The notes under the pieces are model-generated. The model ran no database searches. It was not told the origin of the DNA and worked only from the letters and a program-made list of their open reading frames with translations. From Octopus vulgaris (lineage: Eukaryota), in the NCBI GenBank assembly GCA_951406725.2, contig OX597823.1, positions 100,254,001 through 100,318,000 on the forward strand: a stretch of DNA of 64,000 nt, in the 5' to 3' direction. How positions within the stretch are numbered: position 1 is the stretch's first letter; every line of letters begins with the position of its first letter. A program made the translations under genes and the position numbers. Positions 37,994 through 50,411 of the stretch are shown piece by piece.

Positions 37994-39769
37994 ATGGCTG
38001 TTCAAGTAGGTTGTATAAATGTACGTGGCCTGATGACGAACTGGAAACAGGGACGTTTTCTAAATGACATCAGGTCACACAATTTAGACATTGTTGTAGC
38101 TACTGAAACTCGGTTAAAGGGACCAAGAGATCTACTCCCGCTCCTAAATGGCTACGAGAGATATATCTCTCCATGCCGGCAGGGGGGCGGAAGTGGGGTG
38201 TTGGTCCTACTTAAAAGGAATAGGGTTTCGGAGAAAAAGGTGATTTTTGTTGACCCAGAGGGCAGACTGGTCGTCCTGGACCTGACATTCAGATGTGGTA
38301 AGGAGGTCAGGCTGGTGGCGGTGTACGCACCCCAAACACAACAGACTGATTTCTTCCAAGGCCTGGAGAAATTTCTAGGGACGTCAAAACCCATAGTGAT
38401 GCTAGGGGACTTTAACGCTATCGTCGATGCGCGTGTCGATAGCGGTGGCTCCAAAAACAATAGGACACCTAACAGTGGCTTCCGGGATCTGCTGAGTCGT
38501 TTCCAGCTGGTAGATCCATATAGACAGGAACTCCCGAACGCTCCACTGTGGACGTGGTCAAATAGCGACGGGTCTTCCAAGTCTTATATAGATAGAATTC
38601 TGGTTAGGAAAGTAGACAAAGATATAGTTAAGTATCCACTGTTCCACTTGGTCAGCTACAACGACCACAAGATGGTCACGAGTGAGCTGTACTTAGATAG
38701 CGTATGTAGAAGAGGATCCGGTTACTGGAAACTCAACAAATCCCTACTGGTGATGGAGGAGTACAGAAGCCGGATTAGGTTACTAATCCAGAGGGCGTTA
38801 ACTGGTTCCATTCTCAACAATAAATGGTGGTTAACGCTCAAGAGAGCCATAAAATACGAGTCCATCAGATATAGCATAGGACTAGCAACGAAAAAGCGTA
38901 AGAAAGAAGAGGGATTAGCTAAAGCTCTAGAAGAAGCCATAAGGTCTGGCGATGGGACCCTGGTGAAAGCGAAGAGACTGGAACTGAACCAGCACCTCGA
39001 AGTCAAACACATGGGTTGCATCGTCAGGGCTAGAATCCGCGCAATGGGAAGCGAGGGTACTAGGGCCGCTAGATGGGCACGAGTTGTGGAGGCTCAGCAC
39101 GGAAATGATTCCACAATTAAGTCTGTGACGAACGAGAAGAATGATGTGGTAAGCAAACCAGAGGAGATGTGTCAGACCTTTCAGGAGCACTTCGCCCACC
39201 TCTTCGGGGGCGGGCGTGGTCCGGATGAGGGGGAGGACCTCACGGGCCTCCTCGCCGGATTGCCGCGCCTGTCGGAGTGGGGAGCGGAGAGCTGTGAAGG
39301 GTCAATCACACTGGAGGAAGTTATGGAGGCCATAGCTGACTGTGGCAGAGGCAAGGCTCCGGGACTCGATGGTTTACCCTACGAACTATATAGAAGTATG
39401 CCAGACTTGTTCGGGCCAATACTGGCCAGCGTCTTCGCGAACTGGAATCAGAATGGGAGGATCCCCAGATCTGTGCGCCGGGGAGTGGTGACGCTGATCA
39501 GGAAAGACCCGGACAAGGGGGACAGAATAGATAATTTTAGGCCCATCACCCTGCTAAATGCAGAGGTGAAGATTTTGGCCAAGGTCTTGACGAAGAGGTT
39601 GACGGATGTCGCGAAAGATCTGATCGGGGAGGCACAAACCTGTGCAGTCCCCGGAAGAACTATTCAGGACAATCTTCACCTCATACGTTACACCATAGAG
39701 GGGTTTGAAAGTAACACTGGCAGGGATGGGGCATTGGTCCATTTAGACCAGAGTAAAGCTTTCGCCTAA
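37994..39769 (+). CDS. Tx1-like ORF2 N-terminal part: intact APE endonuclease plus the first half of RT (591 aa)
   Basis: NVRGL, ATET, GDFN, SYIDRI, NDH, PGLDGLP, RPITLLN and LDQSKAF; the frame ends at a deletion junction. Confidence 0.88.
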   Translation: MAVQVGCINVRGLMTNWKQGRFLNDIRSHNLDIVVATETRLKGPRDLLPLLNGYERYISPCRQGGGSGVLVLLKRNRVSEKKVIFVDPEGRLVVLDLTFRCGKEVRLVAVYAPQTQQTDFFQGLEKFLGTSKPIVMLGDFNAIVDARVDSGGSKNNRTPNSGFRDLLSRFQLVDPYRQELPNAPLWTWSNSDGSSKSYIDRILVRKVDKDIVKYPLFHLVSYNDHKMVTSELYLDSVCRRGSGYWKLNKSLLVMEEYRSRIRLLIQRALTGSILNNKWWLTLKRAIKYESIRYSIGLATKKRKKEEGLAKALEEAIRSGDGTLVKAKRLELNQHLEVKHMGCIVRARIRAMGSEGTRAARWARVVEAQHGNDSTIKSVTNEKNDVVSKPEEMCQTFQEHFAHLFGGGRGPDEGEDLTGLLAGLPRLSEWGAESCEGSITLEEVMEAIADCGRGKAPGLDGLPYELYRSMPDLFGPILASVFANWNQNGRIPRSVRRGVVTLIRKDPDKGDRIDNFRPITLLNAEVKILAKVLTKRLTDVAKDLIGEAQTCAVPGRTIQDNLHLIRYTIEGFESNTGRDGALVHLDQSKAFA

Positions 39770-40755
39770 CCGTCGTCCCCTGTCCGGATTCGTGGGTAAA
39801 CAAGTTGGAGAGGCAAGTCTTCCGCTTCTTGTGGAAAGGTTCCTCCCCTCTTGTGAGACGATCTATCTGTTCTCAAGAGCCGTTAAAGGATGGGTTAGGG
39901 ATGCCTTGGCTGTTGATGCGCAGACATGCGCTGAGGCTCAGGCATCTTTGGGTCTACCTGGAAGGAGATCGGGTGTGGTCTCCGCTCGCAAGACAGACTT
40001 TCCCCAGCTTTGCCAGTTTTGGTGGTAGAGAAACCTGGTTTCGTCGCAGACTAAAATCAAATATGTGGTATTCGGAGTGCCGAAAGGCTCTCATGCGCTT
40101 CCGCAGCTCGGGCAATGCCGGTGGCTTTGGTACAACCGCAGCATTCTATAGCAGGTTGGTAGAGGCCGGAAATGACGATACCCTGGGAAGGACCCTGGGC
40201 CTCGATGGTAATCAGTTGGACAGCCTGTTCCAAAGAACATTCGGACCAGGGACACTGGATAACTTTCAGAAGACCCTGGCCTGGCAGTGTTACAGAGGAG
40301 CCCTACCCGTTCGAGATAAACTCACAAGGCATGGTCACGGTGGACCTTCAGCATGCCCAAGGTGCGGGCAGGATGTGGAAACAGTCCTGCACGCCATCGT
40401 TCAATGTCCGGAGATTTCGGAAGTGTGGGTTTATGCCGAACACCTGTTGTCGGACGAGGGAAGAGTACAGCTGTCGTCTGAGTCAATCCTTAAAATTGAC
40501 CCACCTGGTTTCATGACGAACGAAGGTAAGCATTGCTTTCTCGTGATAGTAGCAGTTGCGAAAGAGGTTATATGGAAGACGAGAATGAAAGGTTTAATGT
40601 CAGACACCATGATCTCTGGCACCGCCCTAACAAACTTCTTCAGGTTCCATCTGAAGAGGAAGGTGGAGCTAGAGAAAAGGTGTCTGACAAAGTCTGTATT
40701 CAAAAAGAGATGGACGCATGTAGCACGGATGCTGGGTGTGAAAGGCCCTGCATGA
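39770..40755 (+). pseudogene. Tx1-like ORF2 C-terminal part (zf-RVT-like, CPRCG..ETVLH)
   Basis: Open 316-aa frame homologous to the other copies. Confidence 0.88.
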
Positions 40756-41372
40756 ACACACCATGATCACCTACCAAAAGTTTCAGCTGAAATAACAGGG
40801 CTCGTGGGGTCGGCTACCCTGTTCTTTTAGCTTCATTGTCCTTTTTTGTTGTTTGTTTTTCGATTTCATTATAACACCACTGTACATAACTCATCCGATT
40901 TCATTGTAAAAAGTTCCATGTTTTGACCCCAAATCATTGTATTGTCCCCATCTGTGTTAATCCGTATGGATAATAAAGAAATACTCGGTTTCCAGTTCTT
41001 CTAAGAGCTAACTGTTGCTACGCTAATCTATACAACTACTGAAAGCCTCTCGAGTAGATTCCAGCATCTTGCCCTATGAACAGTAAACTAAATGCCATTG
41101 TTAATTTTATGTTCAGTACCGTTGGGTATGCTCCACGCCACCCGAACACACAGACACAAAACATGCTAACGCTTACGAACTCTTAAAATCCACATGATTG
41201 TAAAATACGTAAAATAAATAATATTTATCTACCAACAGAAGACTTGTGTCAATTCACTTATGTACTATTGTCGTTTGTATGTAGTTTATGGCTTTGAATA
41301 ATTCGTTAAGAGTAGAACCGCGTGCAATCGTATTTCCTACACGATACGACCAAGCGTGATCCTATTTCTTAC

Positions 41373-41403
<31 letters not shown>

Positions 41404-41938
41404 TGTGTGTGTGCATGAATGTGTGTGTCTGTGTGTGTGCGTGTGTGTGTGCGCGCGCGCGTGTCTTTGTGTTTGTCCGCTTGACAATCGCTGTTGGTTT
41501 GTTTACGTCTCCTTAACTTAGCGGTTCGGCAAAAGAGACAGACAGATTAAGTACCAGACTTTAAAAGAACAAGTAAGGAGATCGATTTGTTCTATTCAAC
41601 TCTTCAAAGCGTGCCCCAGGATGGCCGTAGTCCAACGACAGGAACAAGTGAAGAGTAAAAGAAATGACAATCAACGGAAGACCATTCGTTATGTTGGAAC
41701 AATTATTAAGAGTCGAAAAAGGACAAGTAAATTCCTCGCTCACCGATTGAAACAGACACTACCAATGATGTTCAGAAATGATAATATATATTCTTATATT
41801 CTTTTATTCTTATATTCGTAAAGCGCAATTCAAACACAAATAACCTGTATCTGGAACTCCACGTGAATTCGGTTCTTGTAGCATAATTTTATCTCTTAAG
41901 TTAAGTCTAGGTTTGGGTGTTCCACAGATTATATTTAG

Positions 41939-42187
41939 AAGGCAGCGAACTGGCAGAAACGTTAGTACGCCGGATGATATGCTTAGCGGTATTTCGTCTG
42001 CCGCTACGTTCTGAGTTCAAATTCCGCCGAGGTCGACTTTGCTTTTCATCCTTTCGGGGTCGATAAGTACCAGTTACGCACTAGGGCGTAACTGGTTACG
42101 CACTAGGACCGATGTAATCGACTTAGTCCCTTTGTCTGTCCTTGTTTGTCTCCTCTATGTTTAGCCCCTTGTAGGCAATAAAGAATT
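41939..42187 (+). mobile_element. tRNA-derived SINE family A with a Tx1-like 3' tail
   Basis: Head matches the 13045 copy; the tail at 42145-42185 matches the Tx1 3' end. Confidence 0.8.
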
Positions 42188-44135
42188 AATTATATATTTA
42201 GAAAAGAAAACGAAACATGTGAAGTAGTTTATAAGATGTTCTAATTGCACCAACGTACATACGAGCCATCTCCTCATGGCTACCACTGTCACATCTCTCC
42301 GATAATATTACGTTTATTTTATGTTTATTGCACGTCTCTGACGTTTTGGCAGCGAATATGGATTATATATTTCATAATTTTGTATTGTTACCAATAATCG
42401 CCTTATGTTAATGAAACGTACGTAAGATGATGATATATTTAAATATCTTATAAACAACTTCACAGGCTTTGTTTTCTTCTCAAAATGGTAATATAAGAAT
42501 TCTTGAATAAAAGCTAATTGCTATGACAACTGAATAAAAAATATCTTTCAGTGAGAAATTCCAACACAAGAAAAGAATGGAAAAAAAAAGAGAGGGTGAG
42601 AATAATTTCGACCAAAAGAAAACAAAGCAAAAATGCTTCATAGAAATATAAAAAGAACGATGGTTTCTTTGAAGAAATGACGATAATGAAGACTTCAAAC
42701 GGGTTGTAGTATGACTTGATAAAATTGATTTACTGTTGAAGCATTACACCTTAGTCGTATATCATTTATAGCGATCGAACGTTCTATGTGGTCACTTGTA
42801 GACCTTCTAAAAATAGCAGCTAAATCTCCTTCTAAATACACCCAGTCATTTTGAAAATGGAAGGTCAAATTGGATAATAGCTTCGTAAATACACAAAGCG
42901 ACGGCTGGAAAACCTTTGATCGTACATTTGCTCCAACATGACCGGATCTAAACGACAGCGGCCAGTAATGGCGATATTGTTGACTCTTGATTCATAACTC
43001 TGAGAACAGTCAATCCTGCACTGAAAACATTGATTCGGTTAGCAACAGTCACCAACATCTTTCTCAGTTTGTCGTCCGAATCAGAAGTTCGATTAATTCA
43101 CGCTATCGCGGCTAACACTGAGAGAAAAAACATGTAGATACTTGAATCTGGAATGCTGGCTAAAAGGATTAACCTTTTGCTGTGAACATCTTATAAATCT
43201 ACATTAGCGTGTACATGATTGTGAAACAAAAAAGAGTAACAAATCTATGGGTCGGCTTATCTATCAATGACTAATGTCATCCCAACTCCAACAATCCTAA
43301 GGGATTGTTCCTAAGACTTGTTGATGGCCATACAAAAAGAGAGCGTTGCAAGAAACTGAATGCCCCTAAAGTGAAATGGAAGATTTGTTGGGATAGACAA
43401 ACGAATGCAATGAAGACATTTCTCTCTCAGTACAACCAGTCGCAATGGTGATTAATCGCATGGCACATGCAAGTTTTTATACCGTGTCTTGTGCTGTTAG
43501 ACAGTTTTGGTGCGCCCATATTTTGTACTAACATATAGAGTACTTCCACTTTAAGTTGCGGATTGTGAGGAGAGACAGCAGTGGGCTGAAGATAAATGAG
43601 AAACTGTTGGATAGCTGGCACCGCGGTTAATGTTCGCTACAGTGTGAAGTGATTTGTACTTTCTGGACTGAGCTGGAAGTTGTTAAAAGATGATGGCATT
43701 ATCATCCAGAACAATATGGTTTTTTTTTTTTAACTAGGATGGACGTGATCACGAAGCCACTCTTGGATGTCATAAATAACAGTGACAAATGAAATATACA
43801 CTGCTGATAGTTGTTATTGACAAACAACGGCAGTAATTTTATTCAGCTGAATATACGTTATTGATGGGTTGAAATTACCGAAATACGACAACTTTGACGT
43901 GAAATTACTTCATAAATATAAGTTTTTCTTAAAAATGCAATGAGTAAAACATGTTTTATATGACACATTCTACCAGTGTCCGAAGTTTGAAAGTGTTTAG
44001 TTACAAAAACTTATTTCTTTAAATCTGTACGTCAAAAGGTAAAGATCCGATATGAATTGTAGATACAAGATTTCAATTATGACAGCGTTTCAAATATATA
44101 CTCTATCTCTCACTTTCTCTCTCTCAAATATACAA

Positions 44136-44189
<54 letters not shown>

Positions 44190-44192
<3 letters not shown>

Positions 44193-44772
44193 ACTTATAA
44201 ATAAGGGCTAAAGAAAATTATTTCAATGCCAATATGCTGATAACAGACTTTTAAATCGTCAATTTCCACATATTATTTACTCGCTACAGAAAAAAACACG
44301 AAGAACTGAAATCGAGGAAAGCTGGCCGATAGAATTTTTTTTTAAAGTTCGTTATTTCTATATTGAATCAATTTCGGAATTTATCTCATAAAAGATTCTT
44401 TCCTCTTCAGTAGAACATACGAAAGGATATAAATAAGATACTTACATGCGCCCATGGAAAAAAGCCGAAGCAAAAATCATGAGTACATATAAGTACCTCA
44501 GATATATCTAAAAATAAAATTCTTTGGTCAGCCTCAGCACAACGTGTTGACTGTTCTCCACTACAGGTTATAGTGGTTACCAGTCCCTATAACATATTGG
44601 CATTGAAATAATTTTCTTTAGCCCTTATTTATAAGTTGTTTATAATTTTAACCGTAAAGGTATTTTAATATGCTGCCACATTTTTTGATGGAATTTTTTT
44701 CTGTAAAAAAAACTTCATCCTATATTAGTAGTAGACTTATTACTACTCGCTATAGGGACTGGTAACCACTAT
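44190..44772. mobile_element. (TA)n-adjacent element with nested inverted repeats, probably PLE-derived
   Basis: 44190-44236 is inverted at 44593-44639; 44570-44591 is inverted at 44751-44772. Confidence 0.6.
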
Positions 44773-45079
44773 GCTCCACGCCACCCGAACACACAGACAC
44801 AAAACATGCTAACGCTTACGAACTCTTAAAATCCACATGATTGTAAAATACGTAAAATAAATAATATTTATCTACCAACAGAAGATAAAGTTTTTTCTAC
44901 CTATATTTCTTCTACTGCTTGTACTGATATTAAATCTATCACCTACATCTCTATTATTGCTAGTTATATTGATATTACAATTAGTATAATTAAATTCACA
45001 ATTATTGTTCGTTGTGGATCGAGTTATCACATTAATAGTAGTAGTAGTAGTATCTTCATTAGATATATAATTATTGGGA

Positions 45080-45809
45080 CCAGAGACCGAGACCTATGGA
45101 AGTATGCTGTGCGTGAGAAGACCCGGCAAGACTAGTGAAGCCATAACCCGTGGCCCCTACCTGGGACGTAGTCAGTCCGCCTGTGCATACCTTCCTGCTT
45201 GTGACACTTGTGAAGACCTGTTGAGGCAAATCAAATCAAAGTCAAATCGAATCAAGTCAAACCAAATCAAAATAGATGAACATCAATGGAATTTGTATCC
45301 TTGTGGTACCAGTGCCGGTGGCACATAAGAAAACCATCCGAACGGGACCGTAGCCAGTACCGCATCGACTGGCCTCCGTGCTGTGGGCACGTAACAAACA
45401 CCGTCCGAGCGTGGCCGTCTGCCAGCCTCGTCTGGCACCTGTGTCGGTGGCACATAAAAACACCATCCGAGCGTGGCCGTCTGCTAGCCTCGTCTGGCAC
45501 CTGTGTCGGTGGCACATAAAAACACCATCCGAGCGTGGCCGTCTGCCAGCCTCGTCTGGCACCTGTGTCGGTGGCACATAAAAACACCATCCGAGCGTGG
45601 CCGTTCGCCAGCCTCGTCTGGCACCTGTGTCGGTGGCACAAAAAATCACCCACTACACTCTCGGAGTGGTTGGCGTTAGGAAGGGCATCCAGCTGTAGAA
45701 ACACTGCCAGATCTGACTGGCCTGGTGCAGCCTTCGGGCTCCCCAGACCCCAGTTGAACCGTCCAACCCATGCTAGCATGGAAAGCGGACGTTAAACGAT
45801 GATGATGAA
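45080..45809 (+). mobile_element. SINE-like element with an internal 62-bp tandem array (about 4 copies, 45384-45650) and a (GAT)n tail
   Basis: gtggcaca recurs at 45447, 45509, 45571 and 45633. The tail ggttggcgttaggaagggcatccagctgtagaaa...cgttaaacgatgatg is shared with 50620-50945. Confidence 0.8.
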
Positions 45810-46059
45810 TATTATCCCCATTATTGTAATGAGTGCTATTACTAGCTATTTCAATGTTGCTATTGCTATCCAGAATATTATTGTTATTATATTTACTGTT
45901 ACTATAATTAATGTAGCTATAGTTGTTATCAACGTTAAATTCGCTGTTTAAGGAACTACTACCAGCTATCTCTAAGTTGTCAGCTTGGCGGTTAGGCATC
46001 AAAGCTATAGGGATAATGCCTTGGCTGTTGTTATTAGTTTGGTTGCTACCAATATTAAC

Positions 46060-46290
46060 TCCTGGACTGTTGGGGTTTGATTGATCATTATTATGAAAAA
46101 TGCATCATCCCTATATAGACCCCCCTGAAGATCTGGTACCTCTGAGAACAACTTCTTAAGCAGGTAGGCTCCGACCAAGTCAGTTACCTGAGCTGAATCG
46201 CTCGAGTCCATGGCCACATCGAAGCTATCAGGGGTATCGGATCTAGTCCAAAGTTTGCCATCAAATTCGATTACTGTCTTCCTAGCTATC
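46060..46290 (-). pseudogene. Penelope-like element RT fragment
   Basis: SFDVAMDSSDSAQVTDLVGAYLL...GGLYRDD matches the PLE pattern FDVxMGSxDxAxxxxLVG / GLYRDD. Confidence 0.8.
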
Positions 46291-46359
46291 TTTCTTTTAT
46301 CTTTTCTTTCCTCTCCATACTCTCCCTATTCCCTTTTCTCTATTTTTTCTATTTCTTAT

Positions 46360-46830
46360 TACTCTTAACGAATTATTCAAAGCCATAAACTACATACAAA
46401 CGACAATAGTACATAAGTGAATTGACACACATAAGTGAATTGTTACGTGCCCACAGCATGAGTTGAATCTGTATTTATCTTGTGTACAAGTTGAATCTTT
46501 GTAGATGGAGACGATGTTGGTTATGACGTTATGTCTGTCGCTTGGTTTACGATAGCGTCTTCATATTATGTTTTGCTTGGTTATCGTCTGCCTTTCAAAC
46601 TGGAACATGGTTGAGTAAGCTCTGTGTGGTCTCCGACTAAGACCTTAAAAGGTCTTAAGCCAAAAGACATGAATCGTGATATGATCAGTCTATTTAAAGA
46701 GTTAAGATGGCTCAAATGAAAAGTCCTATCCGAAAGCCGTGATTGGTCAGTTTACACACTGGCACGAAGTAAATAGAGAGACAGACCGCGCTTAGATGCT
46801 AACCAATCAAAATAGTGGACACAACAACGT
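46360..46830 (-). promoter_or_regulatory. Diverged second copy of the CCAAT/TATA/hairpin module
   Basis: Minus strand reads cactattttgattggtta...tgaccaatcacggctttcgg...gagcca...tttaaatag, then TAAGACCT-TTTA-AGGTCTTA (46638-46657). Confidence 0.5.
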
Positions 46831-46924
46831 TAAACTAGCCAAAGATGTTTGTAATCTCAAACGAGATCATTCTTAATATTTTTCTCAAACAGTGAAGATA
46901 GCAATGAAGAAAACAATATTGCTA

Positions 46925-47200
46925 CACTATAACCACCGGTCTTCTTTTAGACTCAAACACAAGGCTAATAGTACATCTTTATCACGTAAAATTTGGGAAT
47001 TTAAGGACAAAAATATCGAATTTAACCTTAGATGGTCCATTATTGGATCGGCAGCTACTTATAAAAATAATAGAACAGGTTGCCAGCTATGTTGCTAAGA
47101 ACTTCTAAAAATCATTAGATTCAAAGATAAAAACAAGCTAATTAATAAAAGAGCTGAATGTAAGCCAGCTTGCATGCATAAATTAACTAAAACCTTTAAA
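46925..47200 (+). pseudogene. Penelope-like element GIY-YIG endonuclease C-terminal fragment
   Basis: YNHRSSFR...STSLSRKIWEFK...WSII..A..Y....CQLC...LINKRAE...CMH. Confidence 0.8.
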
Positions 47201-48059
47201 TATTATAATCCTTAATTCTCCATTGTAATACCTTCACAATCATTTCACATTGGAATTTCAATAATTTACTCCACCCTACCACTACTCAGGTATTAGATTA
47301 ACTAATCATGGACTTACCCTAACAACTCTATCCCCGGATAGTATGCACATACCATTCAATATGGAAAACTTATACTTACTTATGCGTATCTATATGGAAC
47401 ATAGATAATTAATCTAACCATTGTCCCTATAATTTAGCATATAACTTCATTAATATCTTTATTAATATCAACATTAGATGAGTAATATAGGGTAATAAAT
47501 ACCTAGAATCTTTTCTCCTAACAATATAAATAAGATGCGGTCACAGGAGTGTGACGAAAGAACTCTGGCCGAAATAAGATTAAGATTAATGTAAAAAATA
47601 AATAACACTGAAGCAAAGTAACACCAAATATATAGTGCGTGTGTTTTTATTGGCTAAACTGGCAAAATGACCATTCCTAAATACAACAATAATATAAATA
47701 AGAGTATTTTACATAGTGGATAATCTTAAAATCTCTCAAACCAATGCATTTTTCCAATCAATATTATATTATAATATTGTAACAATATTGCTTCGGTACT
47801 TTGCTTTTGTATTTTTCCTTACTCTTTCTTATTTTTCGTATTTTTCTTATTTTTCCTATTTTTTCCTATTTTTCTTATTTTTCATATCGTTTTTATACTT
47901 TATTTTTACCGTATATTTTTCTAATTTTACCGTTTATTTTTATCTTTACATTTAAATTAATTAAAACCAATGTAGATATTTAGATGTGATGCTTCTACGT
48001 GTGTGTATGCATGAATCCACGGGCGTATATGCATGAAGATTTATACATAGTGGGATTTA

Positions 48060-48311
48060 CATGTATGCATACTTGAGTGTATATATGAGTGGAAGTGTAC
48101 ACACACACACACATACACACACGTATATGTGCATATATATATGTGTGGGGGTGTATGTATGTGCATGTATATGTATGTGTGTACTTATATGTAAGTGTAT
48201 GTGGGTGGGTGCATATGTATTTTTATGTGTATATGTATACATGTGTGTATGTGTATATGTTTATGTGTATTTGTGTATGTATGTATATATATGTGTATGC
48301 ATATGTAAGTG

Positions 48312-48356
<45 letters not shown>

Positions 48357-48622
48357 GTGTGTGCTTGTATATTCGAGAATATATGGGTATGTGGATATGT
48401 GTGTGTTAGTATACACATATATATATGTATATATGGATATGTACCTGTGTGTGCATGTATATGTACGTATACGTGTATGTATATATGCGTGTATGTGTAT
48501 GTGTACATTTGCATGTGTATGTATATATAGGTATATGTGTGTATATATACATATATATATATACAATATATGCATACATACATATATATATGTACGTACC
48601 TACATCTCTATGTATATATACA

Positions 48623-48669
<47 letters not shown>
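48060..48669. repeat. Degenerate (TA/TG)n microsatellite
   Basis: Direct reading. Confidence 0.95.
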
Positions 48670-48672
<3 letters not shown>

Positions 48673-49060
48673 TACAGGACACCACAAATAAACGTAGAAC
48701 ACAACGAGAAACGAAAACATAAAAACAAACTAGGAAACGGACTTTTTTTTAACAACGCAGAAACAGAGTACAAGACAAACAATACAAGGAATATTCCCCT
48801 TCATCAGCTGCCCCTGGTTCGACTCAATGCGTGTTTCGAAGGCAAGAGCAGAACACGATCCGACCGAAACAATCTTTCCTGCAAAATGAATTAAATAAAA
48901 TTCTTTTGCAGAGGGGTAAAACAAGGAAAGAAAAAAAGTGACAAGAACAGGACGTAAAAGCAATACAAATAAAAATACAGTACACATAAAGAATAAAAAC
49001 AGGACAATGAAACTTTCGTTTCTCGTTGTGTTCTACGTTTATTTGTGGTGTCCTGTACTC
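48670..49060. mobile_element. 391-bp element in (TA)n with 47-bp terminal inverted repeats; inverted partial copy at about 50012-50352
   Basis: gagtacaggacaccacaaataaacgtagaacacaacgagaaacgaaa at 48670-48716 is inverted at 49014-49060. Confidence 0.85.
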
Positions 49061-49208
49061 ATATATATATATATATATAACGGGAAGCTTTATGAAAATA
49101 GACAAAAGACGAAGGCAGGTTTACGGAAATAAACAAAAGACGAAGGCAGGTGGAATACAAACAAACAATTGTATTAGTATGGCGCTCAGGAAATATAAAT
49201 AAAACAAG

Positions 49209-49246
49209 TCTTTAACGTTTCGAGCCTACGCTCTTCAACAGAAAGA
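49209..49246 (-). ncRNA. Minimal type I hammerhead-like motif
   Basis: tcttt CTGTTGA a GAGC-gtag-GCTC GAAA cg TT aaaga; one core substitution. Confidence 0.55.
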
Positions 49247-50349
49247 TACACAGAGAAGAAACACAGAAAGAAGGAGAGAAAAAAAATGCGTACAGAGGCT
49301 AGCGAATCAACATGGCGATCTGATTTCGGCCAGAAGTCAAAGATCAAACGTGAGACGCAAGAGCGAAATTAGGGGAGATAATAGGGTTAAATGACCTCGC
49401 TCCAACATAAGAGTGTGTGTGTGTATGAGAGAGTATTAGTGCGTATGAGAGGTCTGGACGTGTGTATGTATATATGATGTGATGTGTAAAGTCGTATGGT
49501 GTAGTGTAGAGAGAGGAGATGAGGGAAGAGGGGGAGGTAAGGGGGAGAGATGAGGGGGAGATGTAGGTACGTACATATATGTATGTATTACTCTCTCTTT
49601 TACTCTCTTTTACTTGTTTCAGCCATCCGGCTGAGGCCATGCTGGGGCACCGCATATATTTTATTTATTAAATTGTTATTATATGACTGAGCGCCCTCGC
49701 GTCGTTTCGTTTCTTTCCTCCAAGTAAGTGTTTATATATAATTATTACGCGCACTCTCTAACCCTTTATTTGACCTTTCCTTCCTTCCTGTCTCTCTCCT
49801 TATTTTTCACCCTTTCTGGTTTCCTTTCCTCTCTATATATCTCTCCCTCTCACTCCTCCTCATCTCTCTCACGGCTGAGTGGACTACTAACTTTCTTTTG
49901 CTCGTAGCTTTCTACAAGTCAACATCGACATTTTCTGTCTCTAGAAAGTCGATTCTAAGTTGCGCTCCGAATTTTTCCATCGTCTAGGCTTAAAAAAGCC
50001 CTCAATGTTGGTTTCATTGTCCTGTTTTTATTCTTTATGTGTACTGTATTTTTACTTGTATTGCTTTTATGTCTTGTTCTTGTTACTTTTTTTCTTTCCT
50101 TGTTTTACCCCTCTGCAAAAGAATTTTATTTAATTCATTTTGCAGAAAGGACTGCTTCGGCCGGATCGTGTTCTGCCTTTACCTTCGAAACACGCATTGA
50201 GTCGAACCAGGGGCAGCTGATGAAGGGGAATATTCCTTGTATTGTTTGTCTTGTACTCTGTTTTTGCGTTGTTAAAAAAAAAGTCCGTTTCCTAGTTTGT
50301 TTTGTTTTCGTTTCTCGTTGTGTTCAACGTTTATCTGTGGTGTCCTGTA

Positions 50350-50411
<62 letters not shown>

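Larger units (their letters stand above)
36440..40983 (+). mobile_element. Tx1-like LINE with both ends intact, an internal RT deletion and a 30-bp TSD
   Basis: TSD ctcggtttccagttctt(t/c)taagagctaact at 36410-36439 and 40984-41013; ORF1, ORF2, and 3' UTR with AATAAA. Confidence 0.93.

Noticed and set aside
45384-45650. 62-bp periodic array as CRISPR or a Cys-rich repeat protein
   Set aside because: Whole units are near-identical and lie within a SINE
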